Source of the DNA: Peribolospora baueri
Lineage: Eukaryota
Reading direction: 5' to 3'
Assembly (NCBI GenBank): GCA_029717555.1
Contig: JAMDHS010000131.1
Location: forward strand, 1 to 39,785
DNA: 39,785 nucleotides
The notes beneath the pieces were generated by a model. The model was not told where the DNA came from and made no database searches. It worked only from the letters and a program-made list of their open reading frames with translations. Every line of letters starts with the position of its first letter. Positions within the stretch are counted from its first letter, which is position 1. Both the position numbers and the translations under genes were made by a program. This document shows, piece after piece, positions 22,416 to 38,500 of this stretch.

Positions 22416-24891
22416 TCAAGCGCCGTTCTGAAGGACAGCGCCGACGTGGGCGTGGAGGCACGGCTTTCCGTCCTCGCAGACCTCGATGCTCTCGATCCAA
22501 GGGTTACGTATGATCTCGTCCGTGGTCGCGCGCGTCTTGGGGTCCGGGTCGAGCATGCGCTTGATGATGGAGCGGCAACTCTTAGGGGACAGATTGGAAA
22601 TGGGAGGAGGGTAGGGAGAGGCGTCGTACGCAGCCACATAGGCACTGAAGGTGGCGTCGGATTGACGGGCGGATCGCCAGGGGAGCTCTTGGAACTGTGA
22701 TCGCGCGGAAAGAAGGGTGGAAAAGAAAGGAAAGATCAGCTGAGTCGCTGGCAAGCGACTGGGCCCGACTCGCCTTCCCACTTTCTCACCTGCATGCAGT
22801 AGAAGACGATGGCGGCGCTCCACACGTCGACGAGCCTGGCGTCGTACTCGCGATGCTCGAAAAGCTCCGGGGCGATGTACGGTTCGGAGCCGCAGAGGCC
22901 TTTGCTGAAGTGGGTGCTCTTCTCCCAGCACATGCGGAAAACATCGCTGGTGCCAAAGTCGGTGATCTTAACGTGCCCCATGCCATCCAGGAGGAGGTTC
23001 TCGGGCTTGATGTCGCGATGAGCAACGCCCATAGAGTGGAGGTAGACGATGCCGTTGAGAACCTGCTTGAAGCAGCACTCCACCTCGACTTGACTCATGG
23101 CGCCGCGCTTGATCGCGCCGTACAGGTCACCGCCGGGACAGTACTCCATGACTTCGCACCAGTGATGGTTCTCGTCTTGCACCAGATCTACCGTCTCGAC
23201 GACGTTGACGTGATGCAGCGTCGAGCTGATGCAAAACTCGGAGGTAAGCTTCTTGACGTACTCCTTCTCCGTCTCGTTCTTACGGCGCCTGCGGAACTCC
23301 TGGCGAGGGAAGATGCCGCCGGGGCGGCAGGAGAAGCGAGCGACGACGGCAAAAGATGAGCAAGGCACGTAGGCCAAACCCGCCCTCACCGCAGCCGCGC
23401 GACATGTACGCGCGATCAGGCACGAGGCTCGTCTCTACGCACCTTGACAGCATAAAGCTTCTCGCTGCTCTTGTCCCACTTGTGAGCGAGCTTGACCACC
23501 GCCGTGGCGCCTTTTCCGATGGCCGCCTTCTCACACACGCCGTACTTCTTGAGCAAGCTTGTGGTGCTGTGCGCGTCCCCGCCTCCGCCGCCATAGCTCT
23601 TCTCCGACCCACCGCCGTCCGAGCGCCCGCCGCGACTGGTGTTGGAGCCCTTGCGGGAGAGCTTTGGGGTGGAGGAGAGGAGCATGTCCATGAGACCACC
23701 TCCCTTGCCATCCTTGCCCCTCTCCTTCTTCTCCGACTTTGCCTGGTGGTCACGCAGGGCCGCGTTGGTGAGCGGCTTGTAAGTGCCTGTATCGGCCATG
23801 GCCGCCTTTTTCTCCTTGCCCTCCGCCACCGCGGCAACGGTCTCATTGCTGGCGCGAACGCCTTTCTCGTTCTCTTTGCGCGACAGGCTCACCTGCCTGC
23901 TCGGCGGCAAGGACGACGACGGGCTCTTGTCCGTGTTCAGATCGGTCCTTTGCTGAGGGCGTGGAGACACGTCGGCCGGCTGGTTCGGGTCGCGGGGCGC
24001 TTGCAAGTTCATACCCTTCACTGCGGCAGTTAGGCCGTGAGACTCGACCCTGTCGCTCGTGGGACTGCCAGGAGGGGTCGACGCTCGAGAGGAGGGGCCG
24101 GTCGAAGGAAGACCGGAGCGATCCGCGACGGCCACATCGCCGTTCACGCCGGCTGCTTTGCCTCCGTCCTTGCGGATGGCGACAGAGGAACCGTCTTTCT
24201 TGTCCTTGTCCCTGTCTCTCTCGCCGGAGAACATCCTCTTCATGAAGCCGCCTTTCTTTTCCGCGGAAGGCTGGACCTCTTCCGTCGGCTTGACCGCCGT
24301 GGGAGAGAGTCCGGGCGGGCTGCCGAAGACAGGCGCGGAGATGAGCTTGGCGTTTACATTGACGTTGGCGTCCGCACCTCTCGGAAGCGTCTGGGGCACC
24401 TGAGACACAACCGGGGTGGGAACGAGGGAGAGGTCACGGTCGCGGCCGTCACTCGCCGACGCGAAAACGGGAGCGGCGGAGATGGCGCCGTTCGGCTTGA
24501 TCGTCTGCGACTGACATGTGCCCTGCAGAGGCGCAGCGACGGCGTGATGGGTGGCCAGTTTAGGGGCGACGATGCGGCCACGGCGGGCGGTTTCGTCGAT
24601 GTCGGAGCCGTCCGAGGAGGGAGCGACGTTCGAGCTGGCCTCCCTGACGAGCTCTAGGCCGTCGGTGTTCTTGCTGAGCCGAACGAGCCTATCGTCACCG
24701 TACTGGAGGGGCCGAGGTACGCCGGGCCGAAGTTTGGGAGCCTGCTCGCCCTCGTCCGAGGAGGGGTCGACCATGTCGCGGCCCTTGTTTTCGCGATTCG
24801 AATCACCACGGACGCTACTGTCGGGCTCGACCGCCTCATGTGCCGCTTCTATGTCGTCAGGCGCAGTGGCCGGGATGGTTCGAGCTGCCAT
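22416..24891 (-). CDS. HAL/NPR-family Ser/Thr protein kinase (Hrk1/Sat4/Ptk2-like), 3 exons
   Basis: Exons 24891-23443, 23299-22790 and 22694-22416. [52 protein letters not shown] (HAL signature), HRDIKPEN, DFG, GSEPYIAPE; long disordered N-terminus. Confidence 0.92.
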
Positions 24892-25881
24892 GGCTCCTAT
24901 ATGGAAGGCGAGGGAGGTCGTCGGCGGGAGGAGTGGGGCAGCAGGATAACTACGGCGGAGACGAGAGGAGACGGGAAGGCAGTCAAACGTCGATAGATGG
25001 GCGTGTATGGGCAACGCGGAAGGCGGAAGGCGGCTGGAGGTCAGGAGCGACGTGAGGTTGAACGGAAGGCGTGTGGCGGTCGATAGGTGGGGTTGCCACG
25101 CCAAAAGAGGGGGCACGATATGGCGTGCGCTGTTGACGGAGGACAAGGACTCTACGCTCAGAGAGCGCGGTGGCGGTTACTGGGATTGAAGAGCCATGAG
25201 AGCGAGAGGTCCTTGAATGAGGCGGATGGCGAGGTGGGTTGAAGAAGCGGGGAGGGCACGGTAGAGGGCGGCTATGGATTGGGCGCAGAAGGGATGAGAG
25301 GGCGCGGGCGCGGGCAGGGAGAGGGTGTTGAGTGCGCTCTAAGAGTCTTAGGCGGGGAACGGGAGACGTTCCTCTACGCCTTGCCTGTGTGGCGAGCGCC
25401 GTGTGGCGAACGGATGGCGACGGATGGGGGTTGCTGTGGTCGTAGAGAGGGAGAAAGATGGAGGGAGAGGAAAAGAATGGATGACAGGGCGAGGGAGCGA
25501 CGACGTCCGACTTTGGGCCGCCGCTGCCACCGTCGTTGCCGCAGCACTTAGGGTAGAGAATCATTCGCCTGTGCTTTCCTTTTTATTCCTTTTTATTTTC
25601 TTTCGTTTCTTTTCTTCCTCCCTTTCCTTTTTCTATCCTCCCTCCTTTCCCTTTCGCTCCCCTCCCCAAATCTGGCCAACTGAATTGGGTGAGCCGTTCA
25701 AGTGACATCGTGCGCACGTGACCCGCTACCAATCGCCCGGCCCGTTTCGTAACCCGAGTTTACGCCGCCGGTTGTCCGGCGCTTCCCTCGCGCCGCTGTC
25801 GTCACCGGCGCGTCATCCTGAACTATTTATCTGTCCCACCGCCGCCCCACCGCTAGCACGGACCACCGCCCCTCGTCGACC

Positions 25882-27427
25882 ATGGCCTCCTTCAACGCGA
25901 CCAGCGTACCCGCCCTTGCACGCCTCGCCAACGTCGCCGAGGACCCGACTCCGCTTTTTGAGCTTCTGGTGCGCCTCACGACCCGTGCCTGCCTTAGCTG
26001 ACGCCCTGCACACTGACCCTGCCGAACCGGCGCCTGTCTTCGACTCGCGTTCTCACATCACAGCTCGGCCCCGTGACCCTGCTGGGCGCGGTCCACGCCG
26101 TCAGGGTGTCGCACGCCGTCAGGCAGATCTATCGCGCCCAGGGCCCGAGGGTCGAAGGCAAGATCAACTGGCTGCAGAGCACCGCGCTGGTCTTGCTCTT
26201 GCTGTATGCGGGCACCACGGTGAGCGCATAGGGAAGGGGCACCACACATGCGGGAGAAAGAGATACAGAGGGAGGGAAAGCGTCAGTATCTATTGATGGC
26301 GAACGACTTCACCTCTTTCCTCTCTTCCACCCTGATTCTGGATCGGATCGCGACCGCTACGGTAGCTTCTCGGTGAGTCGCTGCTCAATCCATGCGCGCC
26401 GGCGCTCTCCCGACCACCGTTCTCATCCATAGCTCTCCCCTACCTCGTTTGCAGCCCTGCTTGTTGCCGAACCCGCGCCCTTCCTCCTCGACCCCGTCGG
26501 CCCTCTCCTCTATGCAGGCGTCCACCTTCTCCTCCACATCACCGGCCTAGGCTCGCTCATGCTCTCTCTTCCGCAGTTGCCCCTCGACCTTTTCTTCATC
26601 CTCGTGGACGGCTTTCTCCGCACTGGCGGCATCGCTCTCCTTGGAGTCGACTACGTCCGGGCGCTCAACGACGACAGGCTCAATTCGAGCGTAACGACCA
26701 TGGTCGTCGCTGGCACGCTCGTCGGCGGTGGAGCGCCGCTCGTCGTCGGCACCTTTGTGCGTCGCCCTGGCTCAGTCTGTGCGACGCAGGAAGCTCGTCT
26801 CTCGTCTCGCTCACTTTGCTTTTCTTTCTTATTCCACGTCGCGTGCAGGACCTCTTCGAGGCCGACTGGCGTCTCCGCACCCCTACATGGATCCTCGCCC
26901 CCTCGGGCCTCGCCGCCGTCGACGTCTGGTCTTCCGCGCTCGTCTCTCTCCTTTACGCCACTCTCACCTCCGCCCACCCCTGCCTCCGCGTCTCCGCGTC
27001 TGCGAGACACGCCTTCGAATCCCGCTGGCTCGCCCCTTTCCTCCCCGCGGCCACTCGCACGGCGCACGCGGCACGCCTCGCAGACCTCAAGGCCACCGGC
27101 TTGAGTGGCGCCGGCAACAGTGCTTCCTCTTGGCTCGAGTGGCTGCGCGCACGCCCCGCGGCGATGCCGGCTGACGACGTGGAACGCTGGCTTTCCTCGC
27201 CCGTCCTGCCTGCAAAAGAGGCCCGAGCGCTGTGCGCCGTGGTGCTCATCCTGATCCTCGTCGTCGCCAGACTCGCTCCGGAGCTGCCGGGCCTCTTCAA
27301 CTCGATCTTCTTCTCGTCCTCGTCTGGCGGCGGCGGAAAGAAGAGGACGGCGATGAGCGAGAGGAAAAGGTTTCCTACCGCTCCAAGAGAGAGTCCTAGG
27401 GCGAGGAACAAGGTCAAGACGCAGTGA
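25882..27427 (+). CDS. Multi-pass membrane protein, possibly a distant TRIC/TMEM38-like channel, 376 aa, 5 exons
   Basis: Exons 25882-25968, 26064-26219, 26366-26372, 26455-26756 and 26849-27427 keep frame. About 7 hydrophobic segments with two Gly-rich motifs (YAGTTLLALLVAEPAPF and GTLVGGGAPLVV); basic C-tail. The family call is inference. Confidence 0.7.
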
Positions 27428-27800
27428 GCGCGGCGGCGCGAGCGGGCGGAAATGGATCGCATTGGATGGCATTGGATCGCATCGCATCGCTCTCTCTCCA
27501 TCCCATTCGGACATGTCCGCGCGCACCGTACCATAAAACGGTGACGTCGAGCAGGCAGCTTTCGTATGTACTGCCTTGGGAGACGAGGAGTTCGTGGAAG
27601 GAAGGAAGGAAGGAAGGACGGAAGGAAGGGTGGGAGGGAGTCGGAATAGATGGTGCGCACGTATCGCAGGGGCGTTTTCGATACCCGCCCGGACGGATTG
27701 GCGGATTGGCTTGCTTGGCGACTCGCAAACTTCGCACCGTTCGTTACCCTGCCTCGCCGGTGATGCGACGACACGTCGACGCCATGCCCGCCCCGGCGCT

Positions 27801-27848
27801 GGCGCTGTCGGGTCGCCCGGCGTCGGCGCTGTCGGGTCGCCCGGCGTC
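27801..27848. repeat. Perfect 24-bp direct tandem duplication (GGCGCTGTCGGGTCGCCCGGCGTC x2)
   Basis: Read directly from the sequence. Confidence 0.9.
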
Positions 27849-29638
27849 GTATTTACTTACGATCCACCGCACGTACATGGCATACCATATTGGAACGCAT
27901 ACCTTTGCATGGGAATACACTTCCCCCCGTCCCCACTGGGACTCGACTCGATCTATGCCTGCGCACTCACTGTACGAGAAGCGAGAAATCGAGACAGGCC
28001 ATCCGTACACCCGCATACGACTGTAGATACAGTACAGGACCCGTACCGACTCGAGCGGAGCGGCCGCTATGGCCGGCTAGCCGGACCGTGCCGAGCGGGC
28101 ATGCCCAAATGGGCGGGCTCCGTCCGTCCTCGCAACCATCATGTCATGTCCAATCAAGTCATGTCATGTCATCTCAAATCAAGTCAAATCGTCCAGTCCC
28201 TTCCCTTACGGGTCCTTGGGTAGAGGCCAGAAGAGTACTCGCACAAGCGAAACGCGTCGGCGCATTCTTTCTCTTCTAATTTTTTACGACTCCCGCTCCG
28301 CCCGCTCGTCCCGGACGCATAATTATTAGTTAGTTAGAGCGGTTCCAACGGAACCCGCGGCGCGGGCGCGAACGAACGTGACGTCGCTGACGTGCCGTCC
28401 GTCGGGTTCGCCCTTCCGGGAAGGCCCGGGCGCCCCCGTCCGTCCGTACGTGCCAGTTAGTAAGTTATGTCCACCACCACGGCGAGGGCGAGGGGAGCGA
28501 GTACGCCATGCGCTGGGCGTGTATCATCACGGCGAGTTTGTTTGCTTTGCAGAACGAGAAGGAGGAGAGAGTTGGACGAGATGGAAGATGAGAGGACGAC
28601 AAGAAGGTTCCACCGGCGCTGGTCTGGGTGGGAGAGAAGGCGGCGGGCCGCGCAGCTTCCGGGGTGTGTGAGTGTGGGTCGCAGGATCGAGTCGAGGTCG
28701 AGGAGGACAAACAAACGCAACGCAGTCGTGACAACGGTTTTTTATTCATCCCTCCTCTTTCTCCTACCACCCAACCGCGCCGCGCCACGTCTCTCGCTCC
28801 TCCCCTTCCAACGACATGTCATATGTCATGGCTGCGCCGCCGGAACCCCCCTCCCACCCCCGATCTGTTCTCTCGGGCGCTAGCCCACCGCTTCCACCAT
28901 TAGTGGCGCACCCTAGTCGTCCTCCCCGTGACTAGCAGCTAGTCCTGTCCATAGTGGCCATCCCGCCATCCAACGAACGCCAGGGGACCGCCGGCTCGGC
29001 GTTGAATTGTTGGATGGGCGGCGGCGGAGGGGGAACGTGCGTGCCTCGCCTGCCTCCTTCCACCTAAAACCTGTCTTGTCGCTCGTCCGTCGCTGGCGCT
29101 TCGCGTAGAGGCGAGGACAAAGAACAGACGTCTGTCCACTTTTGTCCTTAGCGCGGGCATATCAGACGCCGATTGTAATCCGCCAGCGTGGATTCAAATC
29201 GAGAATAGAAAGGCGGGCGCGACCAGGGCGGAGGAGGAGGGCGGAGGCGGCTGCTGCGGCAACTGCGGCTGCCGCTCAACTCATCGGGCATGCCCAGCTC
29301 AACTCACCGGACAGAAGACGGAGGGACGATCCCAAGACGGGCGAGAGACGGCGTTTCTACTTCTTCTTCCTCGCCATCCCCCTCCTTCCTTCGTGTCCAC
29401 CACCACCTAGACGACCCACCCATAGAGCACAGCAACAGCGAGCAGCGTCTGATCTCATAGACGGACAGACACACTCACACACAGACCGTCACCAACTCGC
29501 CTCTCTCCTACATATAGCCACCCAATCTTCCCGCCGGCTACGCGTCCCAGTGCCCCCACACACCCCGCCCCCGCCTTCTCATCTCACACCCGTCGCTCCA
29601 CGGCAGACAGCTAACAATCAGACAGGTACTCAACCGCC

Positions 29639-32322
<2,684 letters not shown>

Positions 32323-32610
32323 TAGAATCAGACGGTGCGACGACGCGACTTGTCGTCCTCCTGCTGATCGCACCCACGCATCATCCATCCTTCGCGCACG
32401 GACTGAACGAAACGCGTCGCGAAGAACGACGCGCCAGGGTGGGACAGCGGCCGACCGCCGGGGCCAAGCGAACATGAACACCGGTCCTTGGATTGAATTC
32501 TGCCTGCCTGCCTTCGAATCGATTCGGAGCCCCCCTCTTCGCCTTCTATCTCCCATCCGTAATCTTTCACTTTCCGCCCGCTGGACGCCATCCCCCGGCT
32601 CCGTCGGGGG

Positions 32611-34419
32611 ATGATAAAAGTTACCGGGATTAGTCGGAAGGTGGCCCAGGTGTTCGAAAGGAAAGGCGGCGGTGACGGTGACGACGGTGGTGGTGGTGAC
32701 AGCAGCGACAGCGGCAGCGACAGTAGCGACAGCGACGACAGCGGCAGGGACGAGACGGAGGATTGGGAGATGGCGGACGTGACTCCAGAAGCCGAAAACG
32801 GCGGCAAGAGAAACGGGAACAGCAGCAGCAAGGGCAAGGGCAAAGCTGATGGTGGTGCTGGTGGTGCCCAGAATAAGAACAAGCCCGCTTCGTTCTCCCC
32901 CTCCTCCGCTAAATCCGCCGCCGGCGCCGCCGGTTCTTCTTCTCGAAAGGGAAATGTGAAGGCTTCGGTCAAGGCCATCTCGGACGAGGAGGCGGGGAGC
33001 AAGAGCAAGAGCGAGAGCGAGAGCAAGGCGAGTCAAGAAAAGGGGAACGGGACGGGGACGGGGACGGGGACGGACAAGGGCAAGGGCAATGGCGCAGAGG
33101 GCGGGGAAGAAGAGAAGGGCGAGAGCGATGGTAGCGAGGAGGATGCTGAGGAGGAGCAGGAGGAGGAGTACGAGATCGAATCAATTCTGGATCATCGAAT
33201 CGGTCTTCTCAAGCGTGTGAGTCCCGTTTTCCGTCGTCGCTGCCCAGCTTTCCTCGGCGCCCATAGCTGACTTGTCAACTCATTCTTTTTGATGACGACT
33301 CCCGCCTTTCCGTCACCCATCCGTTCCTCTCACAGGGCTCCATGTCGTACCTGGTCTCATGGGTCGGATACGGACCGGAGGAAAACTCTTGGGTCGACGA
33401 GGTGAGGCAGACTGCCTTTGTTTTCCGTTCTCAAGCGTCGAACCTCGAAAGGGTGGAAGAGCTGAACGCCCTCTCAACTCGTCTGTGCGCCCCCTCTCCC
33501 CCCCTTTGTGCCCCTTCTCGGTCGCTGTCATCGGTCCCCCTCCGTCAGTCCGATGCCGGCAACGCGGAAGAGATCATCTATGAGTACTGGCAGAAGAGGC
33601 CTCGTCCGGTTGAAGTGCCCAAGAAGGCCGTCGGTCGGCGCAAGAGCACCACCGCAGTAACCCCGCGAAGCCAAGGGTCGACGCAAAGCAAGCGGATCAC
33701 GCGGGATTCAAGCGCGGCGGCCAAGAGGAACGGGACAGTGATGGATATTGACGATGATTCCGAAGACTCAAACTCCGCCCCTTTCCGCGGCACCAAGCGC
33801 CTCCGAACTCGCGATTCCATAGTTTCTGCGCCCGATAACGAGTCGGACGAAGACAAGGGCCACGAGACGGATGGTCGCGATGCAGAGGTCGATAAGGATG
33901 AAAAGGCAAAGGCGAAATACACAAAGTTGAAAAACTGGGATCGCGTCGTGACCGCTGTCGAGACGGTCGAGAAGGACGAGGACGGCAGCCTGCTGGTCTT
34001 TTTGCAATTGTGAGTCGGCCCAATGTCGTGTGGCATCGGCCCGTACCGATCCCTCTGCGGGTAGTTGAACCGTGCGTCCTATGGATTTTCCCGTCGCCCT
34101 TTCATCGCGGTCTTCCGGTACCCCGTGCCCTTCTCTCTGTTCCTCAGCAAAGACGGGGAACGACTGTGCTTCAAGAGTACTGTCACGAACCAAAAGTGTC
34201 CGCAAAAGGTGAATGAACGGTTTTGCTTTCCTGTCCACCCTGTCCTGTTGCCATCCAGACCGCACGTACTTCGATCCGCGGACTGTGGCTGACGTTTGTC
34301 CGTCCCATTGATCGTAATCCTTGAATGATGCGATCGCTGGCTCGAAGATGATCGAGTTCTACGAATCCCATTTGTGCTTCAGAGGCCGATCCGGCCTTGA
34401 AGTCGACAGCCGCCTGTAA
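32611..34419 (+). CDS. Heterochromatin protein 1 / Swi6 homolog (chromodomain plus chromo-shadow domain); start (32611 or 32770) and last exon uncertain
   Basis: Exons 32611-33216, 33336-33401, 33549-34009, 34148-34208 and 34348-34419. Acidic patch, then EEEYEIESILDHR...YLVSWVGYGPEENSWVDE (intact aromatic cage), basic hinge, and shadow domain NWDRVVTAVETVEK...KCPQKMIEFYESHL. Confidence 0.88.
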
Positions 34420-35501
34420 TGAACGCGGTCAGGACGACATCATTCTCCTGTCTAGCTTTCCATTTTTTTTCTCTTTCTCTCTCCCCCAGGTCGGACTGGT
34501 GTCGTACGCTATGCCCTTAAAACGACGCCAGCGGTGCTCGCCTCCGCTGGCTCCCCCCTCCCCGCGACGTCTTGTTGGACCTGTTGTCACTCCCCTCGTC
34601 TTCTTGCTCCCTCGCTTCATCCACCCGCCTTAGCACGTCATCTCAACGCCCTTTTTGTTCTCTGCTTGGAGAAATCTTTCTGTTCTCCGTGTCACGAGCA
34701 CTGGCCGAGGGGCCGAACGAAGGAGCCATCTCCTGTAGGTAGTGTCCACTAAGCCGGCGCTCATTCGAGCGTTCGTTTTCGCTTGGTTGCCCTCGCGCCC
34801 CTCCCCGCCCCCTCCTCCCTCTCCCCTCACCCCTCCTCCCTGCCCCTCTGTGAGCTACGAGTAGACACTTTGTTCGCGGAGCGGAGGCTCGTCCAAACTC
34901 TGATGCCGGGCAACGGAAGGGTACCTGGTGAAGGCCCCGTAAAGAATCCAGCTTGCCGCCGCCGATCCATGTTGCTTCCTCGTCCGGCTCGAACCGACGG
35001 GCGGTTCCAACCAAGCTCTGTTGCCGACAAACTTGGTTCGGCGCCGGGGTAGGGTAGTAGGTGAGCGGTACAACACCCGCAAAGTGATCGTCCCCGTCCG
35101 TCCCGTTGTCGCCACCCCTCCTCCTCCAATCTTCTATCTTCATTTCATTTTCGCCCAATGTCACGTATGTCGTATACTTCGTTCGTACCCGCTCCCGGTT
35201 CACACACGCACGTGTGGCGCGCGCGCGCGCGAAGCGATCTTCATCCGACCGGCGTCCCAACGTCGCGACTACATTCAATGCCCCTAGCTAGGTACGTCAC
35301 GTCACACACACATATTGCCCCCCTGGCCGACGGGGGATTCGCCGGCGGCCGGGCTCAACGAAGCGAGGACGCCGGCGCGCGGACGGGGGGACGTCATCGG
35401 ATCGGAGAGAAGGAAACGATCGACGAAGGCGTGCGACAGCTTCCGCCGAGGCGGAAAGGGTTGTTCAGAGAAATTAAAGAAAACGGGTGGTGGGTCTTTT
35501 A

Positions 35502-35533
<32 letters not shown>

Positions 35534-38500
35534 GAGGGTGGGCCGTGTCTGCGTTCGGCGGTCGGTCAGAGAGAGGGACGCCGGCGACGGCGATGAAGGG
35601 GGCCAGTCGAGGGCCGTCTGCCGTACCGAGTGGGTAAACGAAACGAGCCCGGCCACAGTCATCATGCGAGCGTCCCCATCCCCCTTCCGAAGCGGCGACG
35701 GCCAGGACGAATGGAATGGGGCGACGATGACGGTTCAGTTCATATCGATGACTCTAGAGAGGGAGCCGGCGCTGCAGGGATGGGTCCGGATGACGACCAT
35801 GATGGGCTGGTGGTCTCCGTCGAGCCAGCCCGCTCGTCCGAGAGGGAGGTCAGACCTTTCGTGTTCGCCTCGCGGGAGTCTGTGTCTGTCTGTCTGTCTG
35901 TCCGTCCTGACTGGCTATCGCCGCGATGGCTCTCGGCACGCTCGTTCAAGTGGCCCCCTTGCGGACGAGTTTGCTCAAAATCGGCTCCGCTCGCCCTTCT
36001 TCCCACTCCTCGCCTCGCTTCATCTGACGCCACCTTTCTTTCCCAGGAAACGAAACGCAAAGCTGCGTGCCAGGAGGAGGGACGACCGGGTTTGTCCGAC
36101 GCATTTGTTTCGTCACTGAGACGCGACGCGACGACTTACTTGACTTGACTTGCGCCGCCGTCGCGCACCTCCCTCTAAACTAGCCCTGGACCGGACCGTC
36201 GCGGTCCGGCACGTTGGGCAGGGCGAGGCGATGGCGGCGGCGAGAGAGCGCTACGCTACGCTACGGCACAGGCGGCATATGCATATATATGACTCCATCT
36301 CTGCTGCCCTCTGTGTCGGCCTTGTCCTTGGCTTTGTCCTCGTCCGGGCGTTGCGGAAACGCGACGGCGTCCTACGACGACAAGACGAGGAGGCGGGCAG
36401 ACAGGTAGGCAACAAGCCAGCTGATAAATCAGCGGATGCGTTGCAATAGTGCGCCGGCGTCTTCTCAGAACCCGCCCGCTCCCGATGCCGCCCCCTTGCC
36501 CCGATGCCGCGAGGCGAGGCAAGTCGAGTCGCGTCGAGTAAGTTTGCTTCAGCTCCATCCATCCATCCCGCCCGCCCTTCGTTCCACATCCCGTTCGTCC
36601 TCGCTCGCCCAGCGATCACGACACGAAAGCGCCCGCCTCGTCCGAGGGCCATGTGACAGACGGAAGGCCTCGAAGGCGAGCGGCGGCGAGCCACACACAG
36701 TTCTGGATCCGGCGCAATGAGCGAGGTAGGTTGAGGCGGGTGGCTTTAATTAGAGCGCGCGCGCGCACGCACTGTAGCGAGGCGAGGCGAGACGGGTACT
36801 GTACAGTAAGATGGGAGGGAGTTCGGTTACGTGCTACCCCCAACCTTGGCCTTGGCTCGGCCCCCATCATCACACCATGTCGGAGCCCGACGGCGCCAAG
36901 TTCGGCCGGCGCTTGGCTTGACTGGCGGGCCGGCCAGTGTCCGTCAGAGACGGATCACCGGACGGCGGCTGCGGGTGGGTGGAGGCGAGTTTCCGCTCCT
37001 CCGTTTGAACGCCGGCGGGAGGGCGAGCACATCCATAAACACATACATACATCACCATACATACAACAACTAACTACCTCACCGACTAGCCAGCCGGCGA
37101 GCGAGGCGCGGATTTGCGTCCATCGCTGGTGAGCGCGACGTGCCCGGCACGGCACGGCAGGATGAGTGGATGAGTGGATGAGGCGGACGTGGACGTGGCA
37201 CCGGTACGTCGCGGAGGCGCGCGCTCGCTGACACCGCGTCCCAGCTCCACGGAAAATTTTCCCGAGCCGAGGCGGAGCGAGTGCCTGCTGCTGCTGCTGC
37301 TGCTGCTTACCCCGTCCTGTGTGCATCTCCGGACGTACACACATGTCTATCGACGACTGAGTGGCCTTGCTTTCAAGACCTGGACCGCGCTCGGACGAAG
37401 GCTGAGGACGGACGGGCGAGCTGGCTGTCCGGCTGGCACGGCAGCGGATCGAGGCGTGATCATGACTGGACTGCGTACCTGCGCCGCACGCCCACGCCGC
37501 GCCGGACGACCGGGAACGCATGAGCCATGGCATGATGGATAGTGGAGTTCGATCGGCGCTACATGACCGACCACGCCGCGTCATCACGCACGGTAACTTG
37601 CATGTGACTGACTTGACTTGGACAGGCGTAGTAGCTCTTCTCTCTCTCTCTCTGGCAGCCAGATCCTCCTCTCGCTCACTAACGAATGGTACTTAGGTCG
37701 GCTTACCCGCCTCCTGCCTGCAGGCATGTCTCACCTCGCCTGGGCGCGCACAGCGATGCAAGCCCAGCAGGTCCATGCGCAGTGTGACTAGAAACGAAAC
37801 GACGCCGCGGATCTCCGCTCCAGGGCTGCCTTTGGAAAGGAAGGAAAGGACAGTGGACGCGTGTATGTGTGTGTGTGTACGTGGCGGACTCTTCGAGCGG
37901 TGGGTTAGGCTCCACCAAGTTATTGGAGAGGGATACCCGCGGCGTTGCACGTGTGCTCGAAAGCGATGACGGCGTGATCGCGCTCGTCCATCAAGTCCGA
38001 GCCCGAGATCCGCTGCCACAAAAATGTCGGAGAGACTTCCGACGGGCGGACGGGAGGCGCCTCGGCTAGGCTCGTATGAAATTGCAGTGGGCCAATTTGG
38101 AGATGGACCCGCTTTTCGTCGCGGTGTCGCGTTTGCCGGACGAGTGGGCGCACCGGCAATCTCTTACTTCCTTCCTTTCTTTCCTTCCCTTCCTCCGCAA
38201 ACGACGACGACGCGTGGCTGTCAGGTACTAATTACTGTACCGAGCCCGCGTCTGCGCCGCGTCGGGCTCCGATGCTGACCTGACCGTATGGGGGGAGGGT
38301 CAAGCGAGCCCGCTTTTCTGGAAACTGAGGCGCATGATGCCGTCGTGCATGTCGGATCGACGCCCGCCGGTGGGTCGTGCGTGTGGGGAGAGATGGACGG
38401 ACGGACGGCGAACGGCGAGTCGGTGCGCCTTCATCTTCCATCTTCCCGCTTGAGCACACACGCTCACCCTCCTCTGCACGAAGGGACGGATAGCATGCCA

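Noticed and set aside
27801..27848. 24-bp direct repeat as a CRISPR-like array
   Set aside because: Only two adjacent copies, no spacer, no cas genes, eukaryotic context.
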